64,000 nt of DNA from the human T2T-CHM13v2.0 reference genome, Homo sapiens, in NCBI RefSeq assembly GCF_009914755.1, contig NC_060933.1; one strand, 5' to 3'. This document shows, one piece after another, positions 1-14,100 of this stretch. Position 1 is the first letter of the stretch; every line of letters starts with the position of its first letter. Made by a program: the position numbers and the translations under genes. The notes beneath the pieces are model-generated. The model was not told the origin of the DNA. It worked only from the letters and a program-made list of their open reading frames with translations, and made no database searches.

Positions 1-1780
<1,780 letters not shown>

Positions 1781-2346
1781 GACCAAGCACCCCTGGTAGT
1801 CTTTGTCTTCTGGTGTTTGATTAAGAGCTCCTCAACCCTGGCCTCTAGGTAGAACTTGTCAGACTCAGAGGGAAGAAAGCTTAATAAGTAATCCACAGAG
1901 ACTCTCATGGCTTCTCTTACCTCCAGTTGCCTGTAATTCTTACAGCTGTTTGGATCTTGTGAATCAAATAAGTTGGAGTTGAAAATGAAGGGGAAACAAA
2001 GGCACTTTCTTGTTCCCGGCTTCCAGAATCCTCTTCTGTCCCTTCTTTCTGATGGTTATTTTTTACCTTTTGTGTTGGTGGCTTAGCTTCTTATAATTCA
2101 GTGCTTAGTAGCAAAAATTTACAGCAAACTGCTTCTTCAGTAGATCATTTTAATAACGAGAGAATAATGAAATAGCAACCTATTCTGATGTTTTTCTTTC
2201 CTTCCATCCACTTGGCCTTGCTTATCTTTTCTTAAACTTATCTGCATCATTTTCTCTAGTTTCAACTTCAGTGATAAGAATCTTTAGCAAGCTTTTATCC
2301 AGAAGCAAACTAGTAGCAAGCTCAAATAACCAATATTTACATTTCT

Positions 2347-2662
2347 TTCTTTCTTTTCTTTTTTTTTTTTTTTTTTGAGACGGACTCTCGCTCTCTCGCT
2401 CTGTTGCCAGGCTGGAGTGCAGTGGCACGATCTTGGCTCACTGGAACTTCCGCCTCCCAGGTTCAGTGATTCTCCTGTCACAGCCTCCCGAGTAGCTGGG
2501 ACTACAGGCATGTGCCACCATGCCCAGCTAATTTTTGTATTTTTAGTAGAGATGGGGTTTCACCATGTTGGCCAGGATGGCCTCGATCTCTTGACCTTGT
2601 GATCCCCCCAGCTTGGCCTTCCAAAGTGCTGGGATTACAGGCGTGAGCCACCGTGCCCTGCC
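2347..2662 (-). mobile_element. Alu (AluS-like) with 19-bp TSD
   Basis: polyT plus antisense Alu; TSD AACCAATATTTACATTTCT at 2328-2346 and 2663-2681. Confidence 0.95.
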
Positions 2663-4571
2663 AACCAATATTTACATTTCTAATTGTTGAAAGGAATCCC
2701 TGGAGGCCCAGCCACATTTTGCTAGTCTGGAAAAAATAATGTATTCAATTATTATGTTATTACTACGCAGATTGTTTTGCTTTTTAATTAACAACTTCTG
2801 TCTGGTAGGTTTGTATTATTGAATAATATTTAATCATAAGCATATGCCTGTGGATACCCAACAATAAAAGGAGATCAATTTAGCAAAAAAGAATGTTGGC
2901 CATGGAGGAGGAAGCCTGGGTACTAGTTTCAGTTCTGCCGCTTCATTTCCTCTTCTCTGAACTGAGGTAGCTGAGGTAGTCTGTTGATTTTTCCTTAAGC
3001 TTTGACATTCTGGAAAATCAGACAGTGTGTTTGAGTCCTGCCCTCCAAAATAGGCCATAATTCCATTTTTTCACAACTGAGCACTCTTGCTGCCTTGTCC
3101 TACATGAAAATAGTGGCTGGTGGATGTTAGAACTGTATTGTCTGCTGTCATACAGCAATTGCTACAGTAGGTCCCTCTAAATTATTACTTGTGAACATAA
3201 TTTTAAGCCCTATATCTTATCCCTGTGAAGTTATTTTCCTTTGTGTGAGTTTATGTAAGTCATACTTGCTGGGAGTTCTAAAGGTTTCCTGAATTATAAG
3301 ACTGGAAACATATTTGGTTTGTCCATGTTAAAATTGCTATTTGACAGTTTTTGACCCACAAATAGGCAATTTCATATGCCTCGACCTAATAATTATAGGT
3401 GAGTTAAACAGTTACCATGCTGGGGTTTTACTTGAAAGATCTTTCAACTTAGAAGCAGAATTGCCTTTTGTTTCATTGGACATTCATTGTTTATTCAATA
3501 AAAAATACCTTTTGAATGCCTACCCTGTGCCAACCCTGTGGTAGGCCTCATGGATATGCCCATAAATAAAATAAACTTGTTCACTGGTTTCAGGAAGTCT
3601 GCAGTCTAATGAAGGAAATAGACAGTTAACTATAAACAATCATAAAGTTGCATGGGAGTTGTAGAAGAAAAAATATATACTGCTGTACTGCATATGACAT
3701 GAAGGATTTCTCACCTAAGTGTTCTAAAAGGTCTCTTGCTCAGAAATTAGCCAGGGGTTGGATAGTTGGGGTGGGATAGGGTGCTGCATAACAGATGTGG
3801 TCTTAAAAGTCAGAGAGAACAGCGTGTACTCAAGGCAGTTCCATAGAGTGTGAATGGAGGTAAGACCAGAGAGGTGGTAGATAGGGAACAGATCTTTGAA
3901 AGCTTCAGAAGGCATATTTAAGGTTTTGGGCAACAGAAGCGAATGAAGCATTTTAAGCAGGCAGGTTATATATTCCGGTTTATAAGGCAGTATGCAAAGT
4001 GGTTTCCATCTAAAGGCAAATTGTCTTAATTCAGATCCTAGTTCTGCTGTATTCTAGCCATTGAAATTGGGCAATTTAACATTCATACGCTTTGGTTTCC
4101 TTATCTGTAAAATGGAATAATAATAGTTGTAGAGTTGTTAGAATTAATGTGTGAAAATTCTTAGTATAATCCATAGTCCATACTAAGTGTAAATAACTTA
4201 ATATTATATATATTTTTTGCTTATTATCTGTATTATCAGGCTTAGAAAGATCACTCTGTTACTTGGGCTAGCATGGAGTAAGAATAATTGCAGCGAGACC
4301 CGTTAATAATTCAGGCAAGAGATAATTTCAACTTGGATTGGGGTGTAGTGGCAAAGGGATGGGGAAAAAGATGCTATTTAAGAGGATTTCAGAGGTAGAG
4401 TCCTTGGCACTCACTTGATGACTGAATGAATGTGGGAGATGAGGGCGAGGGAGGAATAAAAGATGAGTCAAAGTATCTCAAATCATTTTTGGAATGACAG
4501 TTACATAAATAAACTCACATCAGCTGCACTAAAATAATATGTTAATTAATCAATGTTTAAAGCTCATTTTT

Positions 4572-5063
<492 letters not shown>

Positions 5064-5779
5064 AAGCTCATTTTTACCAAATAATAAGTGGTAGTTGACA
5101 CTAATGCCCAGAGGTGAAGCTTAGGAATTTGAAGAACTGAGATAATTTATCATCTACAAGTAGTTAAGTCTCTGAATAGGTTGGGAGAAAAAGAAATATA
5201 ATTTGAACAGGTCTTTTCCTTTTTTTGTTACATTTCATTTCTCGTTCTGCTTTTCTTTTTAAGCCTGTCATTTTGTTATTTTAATTATTTTGGCTTTTAA
5301 AGTTGTTTTAATTTCATTAGGTTGAACCATATAGAAATTGGCGTGTTTGCAGGTCAGAAAGTATTTAGCTAGCAATGAAATGGTTAAGTATCGGTAAGTT
5401 CGTAATTATATTCTTGTTCTGTAAGAGGTTTTAACTGACATTTTGGGAGTCCATTTTGAGTTAGATTGAGTACCAAAGACTGTCTGAAGGAATGTTGCTC
5501 TGATGGCATAAGAACAAGTGGAACAGAGCCCCATGAAGTAGACAACTTCAACCCAGCATCATTCTATCTTGCTAAATCAATATGGTTCTGAGAGTATATA
5601 GAAATTGGAAAATTCAGAAAATATAGAAAGCTATAAAGAAGAAAGATTTTTTAATGAATGTTATCCCACCATCCAATAATAGTGTTGATTTTTAATGTAT
5701 TTCCTTTTAGTCATATATATATAGAAAGTTACTCAGCCTTCAAAGTAAATATAGAGAGAATATATCATGAGACTGCATT

Positions 5780-6025
5780 ATTTTATTTTTTATTGTATTT
5801 TTTAATCAGCATATAACATACATACTTATGAGGTATATAAGGATGTTTTGATACATATAGTATATACTGATCAGATCATGGTAATTGTGCACATACCCAT
5901 CATCTCTAACATTTATCAACATTTATCATTTCTCTGTGTTGGGAACATTCAGTAACCTCCTTCTAGCTATTTGAAACTACATAGTATTAACTATAGTCTT
6001 CCTAGAGTGGTATGGAACACTAGAA
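5780..6025 (-). mobile_element. L1MA-type 3' end fragment
   Basis: T-rich tail followed by ...ctccttctagctatttgaaa...gaacactagaa, resembling an antisense L1MA 3'UTR. Confidence 0.6.
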
Positions 6026-7716
6026 TGAGTCTATGTTATGGTTAAAGACCAAATGTACATGTGGATTTCTGTAAGGATACAAATTTATAGAGCCTCCCCA
6101 AGTTGTTAATAAATTGTGTCTTTTGAAGAAAATGTTTTTCTTTAATCCAAAGCAAAACATTTAATTCCTGATTGATTCAGTTAAATGTGGCTATTAGTCT
6201 TTTTTTTTTAAAGTTTCTTAAATGAATATTTTGATTTTAGCTCCTAGAGTGGTTTCACTAAAATAGAAACAAAGTTGAAAGAACTGTTACTGTACTAATG
6301 GCAGTAATGTAACAGCTTGTAGTTTTGTTGCAATTTTATAAATTTTGAATTCTTTCAAATTTTCAGCCATTGTATTGTCTGTTTTTATCAGCGTAACTGT
6401 CTTGTTTTATACATGGGAAACCACAGAGAGAATAAGTTTCATGCCCAAATTCACAAGTAGTAGTAGAAAAGCCTAGACTTTTGACTTTGGTGAACACTTT
6501 TTCTGTTTATTGAAATACAGCAGTAACTCTCAAAAATCACTCCTTTATTCCGTATTTATTAAGGTGCTCAGTAAATATGGTTTAAAAATAAAGTCTATGG
6601 CAAGTGTATAGAAGTAATCTGATTTGGCTGGAGGGCAGGTTATTTGGGGGAAGTAAAACAGTTGAGATCAGACTAGAAAGGCAGTAAAGGAGCCATTGAC
6701 TCTTGAACAATGGGGTACAATAATAAAATGTACATTTTGGATATTTAACCAGACAGAAAAGAAAAAATTAGAAAAATGAACAAAACTGTAAGTTTAGGTG
6801 GTAATCATCTTCTATGGTAAGTGTATTAAAAATTGAAAGGAGGAAATGCATTTGAGAACTATTGTGGAAATACATTTTCAGGACTTGGTGACTCAGAACT
6901 AAGTGCTTTGAGGGAGAGAGTGGTCAAGGTGATTGATTCCTAAGTTTCATACCGGAGTGCCTGGGAAAATGTTGGAAAAATACAGAGGCTTATTTGGTGG
7001 GAAAAAGGTTTTTGATTTTAGACATGCTGTGGTTGAAATCTCTACAGGACATCTACAGGACATCTTCCATCTACTGGTGGAAAATGTGTGACTAGCAGGC
7101 AAATTGTAGATGGAAAAGGGAGCTTAGGAGTGAAGTCAGGGCTGGAGACCTAGGCAGAGAAATTATTTATGTTGAGGGAATAATTGACGCCATGTCATCA
7201 TTCCTTCTTTTCAGCTACCTTCAGTGCTTTGTATATGCATAGCCTCAATGTATTTGAGTAATGTGTGACAGCACTGTATTCAGATAGCTGTTGTATGACC
7301 TAGAACTGTATAGCCTCAGTAAGAGCAGGCCCTTCAGGATTCAGAGGAGCCCAGCCTTAAGCATTTCAACATGATGGGCAGGAAAACACTGGCTCTTAAG
7401 GAAGGCTACTTTAGTTGTAGGAGCAGAAAGTGAGTAAAGTTATATACCCCCTCTGTGCTAGGTGTTGGTAAGCCTTTTTTATATACTTTATTTCTCAACA
7501 ACCCTGTGAAGTAAGGAGTGTTGTTCTCATTTTACAGATGATGAAACAGAGGCTTAAGAGAGGATAAGTAATATTAGAGCAAGAATTTGAACCTGATTAT
7601 TGTTCCTTCGATGCTATTGGTCTTTTTACTGTGCCACACACTTCGCTCTGTTTCCCAATAAGACCTGTCAAATATTACTATCAGGATTACGGTTAAATAG
7701 GTTTTTTATTTTGGGG

Positions 7717-7755
7717 CTATGGCCGCGTCTGGGACTGGCCAGACAACTGCTGCTG
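7717..7755 (+). repeat. 39-nt exact direct copy of 9572-9610 (GPR21 5' leader)
   Basis: CTATGGCCGCGTCTGGGACTGGCCAGACAACTGCTGCTG occurs at both positions. Confidence 0.95.
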
Positions 7756-8991
7756 CTTCAGATTTAAAATGTAATTCATCGCATTCTGATTATGGGTGGC
7801 CATTTGTCTGTAATTAGAAAGCATGTGTATAAAATGAATAAAAATGAAAGTTGGATCACATGTTTTTACTCAGTTGCCTACCTCTTGGAATGCTTTCAAA
7901 TGCCGGCATTTGTTTATTGTCTTTTATTCTGCTGGATACTTTCAATTAATCCTTCTAAATAAAGATACTAAAATTACACATTTTCATAGCACCCAACTCT
8001 GTTAGCTGAAAATTGTCATCATTTATGACATTACCAGGAAAACCACAATATAATATGATACAGTTTGCATTGTTTTAAATAGGCAGAAGCAAGATTGTAT
8101 ATTCTAAGATACAAAGGCTTATTTGTACCATGAAACTTCCTGTAATATCCATGCCTGAGTAGAAGAAGGTACATTTACTTTTCTATCTTCTGTTTGTATT
8201 CTTGTTTACTGCTCAGCAAATTAGAAGCAAGAAATGCATCTCAAAATTATAGCGTAGTGTCAAATATGGGAACAGTGTAATTTATCTGTGCTATTTGTGT
8301 AGTATTCAGAATGGGAGATACTTTATTTTTCTCTTGAAAAAGTGATCTTAAAGTTTCTTGGCCAATATTCAGTGAATCATGAGAGACAAAATTAATGGTG
8401 AATAGCCTTCTAGCTAGAACTTCTTGTGCAGCTGAATTATGATTCTCAGTTGCCATACGCCATACACTTAAAGGAAGTTAACATACTTCCTTTCTTTAAT
8501 ATTGCTCTTTGTTCTTTGGGAAAATGCCGTGAGAAAATAGAAATTACCCCTCTGGTAGTGTGTTTCAGTCTAATTCCTGACACCCTGTTCTGTTACTACC
8601 CCTTCTCCTTGCTAGCACCCTGAATTCTGCTTATCTACTAAAAGGGGGATTCCAGACAGACGAGGAAACAGCCTTCAAATGGTGCACTGCAGGCATAGCA
8701 AGCCATTCCCACACTGTGCAGTCTGGAAATCGGGGCACCTCTCTGACGATGAATTCCAATTAGTTGCTAAAGATGCCAGAGTGTGTGCACGTACAGGCTT
8801 TTTCTTTCCCCTCCCCCTTTCTTCCTTTTCCCAAGCCCCCTCTTCTCCCTGTTTCCCCTCCTACTCCTTTATCTCCTCCCTCCGTGTCTTAGTTCTGCAG
8901 TACGCGGGTTGAAGCACATTCCTGCTTTGCAAGGCTTTCTGCTAAGGATGTATTGTGGCTTTTGTTTGGATTGCAGCATGCAGAATTACAG

Positions 8992-9419
8992 GTAACATTC
9001 TGAAATTGAACTAAACAGTAAATTCTGTTGAAATGTTTTCAAAGAGGCAAAATATTATATTGGAATCAATGAAGAAAGTAAATTATCTTGGCTAATTTTA
9101 TTAGTGGTAATTGTAGTGAAAGGTTTTCCTAAATATTATAAGCAAATTCCTTTTCTCCCCCGTCTCAAATGAAAGGAAATGGGGGTAAATTAATCTGACT
9201 GTGATTGGTTTTGTTTTATGCTGATCTTGAAAGCTTGATGTTGCTGCTGCTCCTCTATACAGTACAGATCAGTTGTGTGGGGTGCTATTGAGGGTAGCCG
9301 TGAATAGTGGTGCCAGTAGGGGTGGAGCGGGAGGGATGATGCCAGCCTGAGCTAGCCAGGTTCTTTGATTAGGGCATTGGATGTGAAATGTAAAATGCTC
9401 TCTCCTTTTCTTCTATCAG
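8992..9419 (+). other. Probable 5'UTR intron of GPR21
   Basis: Donor CAG|GTAACA at 8991/8992 and a pyrimidine-rich acceptor ctctccttttcttctatcag|C at 9419/9420, upstream of the CDS. Inferred from splice signals only. Confidence 0.55.
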
Positions 9420-9815
9420 CTGTTCAGAGGAGACTCATTACAACTCCTGCTGAAGCTCCTAATCTTCTTCCCTTCTCTTCTACCCTTTCCCCCTACCCTC
9501 ACTTGGCCTGAAGACGTTCTCCCCAGAGTTTACCTTGCTCCCCTGGTGCTATGTGTATGGTGAACCTGGCACTATGGCCGCGTCTGGGACTGGCCAGACA
9601 ACTGCTGCTGGCTCTCCTTATTCCAGGAAGGATTTAAAGGGGAATTGCACTGCAGGCAATGCACCAGAGCAGCAGCATCAGGAGCTTGGGGAGTAAGGCT
9701 CCTCTGGCATTATTACACACATGCAAAGCTGACCGCAATGACAGCAGCTGCTTCTTTGAACTGTTGGCAGCAGCCAAGCGGCAGCATGAAGTGACAGATC
9801 ACTCCTGAGCTCAAG

Positions 9816-10865
9816 ATGAACTCCACCTTGGATGGTAATCAGAGCAGCCACCCTTTTTGCCTCTTGGCATTTGGCTATTTGGAAACTGTCAATTTTTGCC
9901 TTTTGGAAGTATTGATTATTGTCTTTCTAACTGTATTGATTATTTCTGGCAACATCATTGTGATTTTTGTATTTCACTGTGCACCTTTGTTGAACCATCA
10001 CACTACAAGTTATTTTATCCAGACTATGGCATATGCTGACCTTTTTGTTGGGGTGAGCTGCGTGGTCCCTTCTTTATCACTCCTCCATCACCCCCTTCCA
10101 GTAGAGGAGTCCTTGACTTGCCAGATATTTGGTTTTGTAGTATCAGTTCTGAAGAGCGTCTCCATGGCTTCTCTGGCCTGTATCAGCATTGATAGATACA
10201 TTGCCATTACTAAACCTTTAACCTATAATACTCTGGTTACACCCTGGAGACTACGCCTGTGTATTTTCCTGATTTGGCTATACTCGACCCTGGTCTTCCT
10301 GCCTTCCTTTTTCCACTGGGGCAAACCTGGATATCATGGAGATGTGTTTCAGTGGTGTGCGGAGTCCTGGCACACCGACTCCTACTTCACCCTGTTCATC
10401 GTGATGATGTTATATGCCCCAGCAGCCCTTATTGTCTGCTTCACCTATTTCAACATCTTCCGCATCTGCCAACAGCACACAAAGGATATCAGCGAAAGGC
10501 AAGCCCGCTTCAGCAGCCAGAGTGGGGAGACTGGGGAAGTGCAGGCCTGTCCTGATAAGCGCTATGCCATGGTCCTGTTTCGAATCACTAGTGTATTTTA
10601 CATCCTCTGGTTGCCATATATCATCTACTTCTTGTTGGAAAGCTCCACTGGCCACAGCAACCGCTTCGCATCCTTCTTGACCACCTGGCTTGCTATTAGT
10701 AACAGTTTCTGCAACTGTGTAATTTATAGTCTCTCCAACAGTGTATTCCAAAGAGGACTAAAGCGCCTCTCAGGGGCTATGTGTACTTCTTGTGCAAGTC
10801 AGACTACAGCCAACGACCCTTACACAGTTAGAAGCAAAGGCCCTCTTAATGGATGTCATATCTGA
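9816..10865 (+). CDS. GPR21: G protein-coupled receptor 21 (orphan class A GPCR), 349 aa, uninterrupted CDS nested in a RABGAP1 intron on the same strand
   Basis: [22 protein letters not shown]...NGCHI. Seven hydrophobic segments, TM1 GN, TM2 MAYADL, TM3 IDRY, TM6 WLPY, TM7 NCVIY, N-terminal sequons NST/NQS. ECL2 [14 protein letters not shown] is typical of the GPR21/GPR52 pair. Start context aagATG has A at -3. Confidence 0.97.
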   Translation: MNSTLDGNQSSHPFCLLAFGYLETVNFCLLEVLIIVFLTVLIISGNIIVIFVFHCAPLLNHHTTSYFIQTMAYADLFVGVSCVVPSLSLLHHPLPVEESLTCQIFGFVVSVLKSVSMASLACISIDRYIAITKPLTYNTLVTPWRLRLCIFLIWLYSTLVFLPSFFHWGKPGYHGDVFQWCAESWHTDSYFTLFIVMMLYAPAALIVCFTYFNIFRICQQHTKDISERQARFSSQSGETGEVQACPDKRYAMVLFRITSVFYILWLPYIIYFLLESSTGHSNRFASFLTTWLAISNSFCNCVIYSLSNSVFQRGLKRLSGAMCTSCASQTTANDPYTVRSKGPLNGCHI

Positions 10866-10886
10866 AGTGGCTCAGTTACGGGGTTC

Positions 10887-10888
<2 letters not shown>

Positions 10889-10922
<34 letters not shown>
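10889..10922 (+). repeat. (GT)n microsatellite in GPR21 3'UTR
   Basis: About 17 GT units, starting 24 nt after the stop codon. Confidence 0.95.
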
Positions 10923-10924
<2 letters not shown>

Positions 10925-11145
10925 TTTATCTCTAAGTATTCCTAATTCACTAGGAAATCTGGGACAGAATACTTTGACTCTAAACAATAGCATACAAATT
11001 ATTCGTATGGATACCTTCTAAGTTTGTAGAAATGGTTTTCAAAAGTGCTTGTGAATTAGAAGACTCAAGATCATGAAGACAAATTGCTCTTGCTCTCAAT
11101 TTTTGAAATGTCTTGGAAATGACTACAGTTCTCAGATTTAAAATG

Positions 11146-11151
11146 AATAAA
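11146..11151 (+). terminator. Candidate GPR21 polyadenylation signal AATAAA
   Basis: First AATAAA after the GPR21 stop codon, ~280 nt downstream. Confidence 0.4.
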
Positions 11152-14100
11152 GCCATATCTAACACCTCTTTCCAGCTGGCATGACTGAACCTGAGTGTGA
11201 AAAGCGTCAGCATTTTAAAAAGTCATCACTTTCTTGTCACTTTCTGGGCTCTTTCCAGCTATTTGGGCTTCATATGCAATTGATTTCTTCTAACGGAATA
11301 GTAAAATATAAATGAAAAGGTTTTAGAAATTACTTTTTATGTATGCCAAAGCATAACTACACTGCAAGTTTCAACACTGTCATTTAGAAAGCCAAATGTT
11401 CTGTGTTTTATTCTCTTGAGAGAATTCTCAGTAGGGTGAATAATGTGAACACATAAACATTAATTTTAGAATTTTACAGTGAACCATGAAGCAAAAGTGC
11501 AATCAAATTATACAATTTATGAAAAACTGAGCTACTTTTTGTGCCATGCTTCACAGAGATCTAAAGATATGTGTGCGTAGAAGTAATCGTGTAGTACTTT
11601 TGCCCATGCCTTTGTGTTATGTCTATATTTAGAATATCTGAATTGTTAGATTTCTCTTTTACAGCAAAATGTGCTTAAGCTAAAAAGTAATTCAGTGATA
11701 GGCTGTTGGCTGTCCATTTTATAATGGTGACTATATACAAAAATGTGTCTTTAATATTGTCTGTTCTTTCTATTCAAAGACTTCTGAAATATTAGAACAT
11801 CAGGGAGAAGGGTGTCGGTCATAAGCAACTGAGTCAGAAAGTATACCGTAGTATACAGATTGTTTTTTTAAAATACAAGGTAGTTGAGACATTTTCTTTG
11901 TGGTTAAATGGAATCAACTAGTTATTTTTGAAAAGTATTCTTTCAGTTAGTGCTAAGGAATCCACATTTGAAGAGGAGAAGGGAAAACACTTAAGTCTCT
12001 TATTGCTATTTTCTCTCTGGAAAAAAAATCCTTTGGCATACAGTTCTTAATGGTCTTTTTTTTTTTTCCTGCCAAAGTACTAGAAAAACCTATAGGATTT
12101 TATAATTCTTCTATAGAATTATTATTGAGAGTTATGTGTGTTTGTATGTAGTAGTGATGTTTGTTCTTAAAAGTGATTATCTTTAGAGCAAGAGGTTTAT
12201 TTTTCTAAAAGGAGAGAAGGAATTCCGGCAGCTCCAGGCACGAGAGTATTTCCTCTACTTTTCTGCTGTTCTGGAAATGTTCTGGAAGTCTTCAAGGGAC
12301 TTACTTGATCTCTGCCTTTGGCTAGAGGTTGTAATCTGAATGCGACAGTGGTGTTCAGTGAGATGGAAGATGGAAGAAACCCAGGGGACATGGGTTAAAG
12401 TGGATTTCTGAATCCAAGAAAGGACATGGATATTTATAAAGCAGGCAGATAAGCTTTGGTTTTCCATCATGATGCCAGTGTTCTTATGATTTTAGGCTTT
12501 AGACATCAACTTGATTTTAACCTCAGTTGTGTTCTATTTAAACTTTTTTATTTTAAGTGACTAAGCATTACATAAACATTCAAACTTCAGATTCTGGGTT
12601 TTTCCCAAAACCTTGCTTGCTCTTTATGTTTAGTGTTAGCAAATTTTATTCTAAGCTGCTTCAAAATTTAGAACTCATACTGAAATTGCAAGTTATGTTA
12701 GAAATGGCTTGGTTAAATTGCCATTTCAAATGGGAAACCTTTTCTGTTAGATTCTGAAAAATGGTTGTATTGTATACATTTTCCCTTTAAGTGGTACAGA
12801 TCTAAAAAACCAAAATTTACCTTTTTTCATACATGTTAGAGAATGTAACCTGTTCACATTTGCAGTTTGCTTATGAATTTTTAGTTTAGAAAATATGGCA
12901 ATTTTAAACACTTAATTTTTGTTGAAAAATTGATATTAAATCAGCAGGTTTGATCTTATTTTGTTGTGTGTGTGTGTGTTGGGAGAGAGGAGATGCTCCT
13001 GGACACAGTAGTGTCCCCTTTAGTGGCTGGGGGTGTTTTCTGTGTGATATATTTGGAAAGTTCATGTTTAACTGAACTTTTCATCCTGGCATATTTAATG
13101 CAACATTTGATGACATTTAGTTTAAATACCAGTCTGACTTCAAAAAAAATGTATTTTTAGATTCAGTTACCATGGCGTTGGCGGGATAGCTCATTTAACT
13201 TTATATGGCATGTGACTGGTATCAGAGGAAACATATACTTTTGGTGATTATGTTGAAATTATTTCATAGTAAATTTTAAAGTAGGATTATACTGATGTTA
13301 TATTTGTAAACTAGTTGTATTTTTTAATGCAGTGATTTCAGTGAAAGTGGTTTTTTCCCCCTTCTTAGAGTAGAAAAGCAATTACAAATGGACTAGTGTG
13401 CTCAACTTTAGTGAGAGCATTATCCTGACACTAGATTGGATATTTGCGTTTTTTTCACGGGCCTATTGACTCTTACTCAAAATTCCATTTTGGAAAAGGT
13501 TTTCTTTAAGCTTTATTGCTGGATAAATTCTTTTCAAGCCTTTTATAATGGCTTTTACTTTTTACTTGAATAATGGTCTCAGTATTTTAAGGATTGGGAA
13601 AACTTGAATTTTTTTTTACCGTAAATGCATTGCCCACCTCCTTGAACTTGAAAATGAAGCAGCAGGGTTAGACTCCCAGATGGCCCAGATGGTGGAGTGG
13701 TTTCTAGGAGGGTTTCCTCAGCTTTTCAGGTTTGTTTGAAAAATCTGCATGTTGACTTTGGTATAGGAATTGTTTTAATTTCACTGAGTATGTTTTTGTT
13801 TCATAGTTGTTGGTGAAATTACCAGCAAGCCAAAATGTATTGTTACATGAGCAAATTTTGGGAAATTTAAGAATGGGAAAACTGTGGCATTGAGATTTTT
13901 TGAAGTCCTCATAAATCATTTTGTGTGTTGACTTTTGTGTAATTTTTTTCATTTCAGGTTGAAGAAAAAAATATTAAGTATTTATATTAAATTTATATAT
14001 TATTAATATTATGTTGCAGACCTTGGAAATATTGTAGACATTTCTTATGGCTGTAAACGAGTCATTTGGCCTTTCTTCAAAATTTGCATGACAAAAGGGC

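Noticed and set aside
9857-10751. Alternate-frame and antisense ORFs within GPR21
   Set aside because: Shadow ORFs of a real CDS with no recognisable homology.
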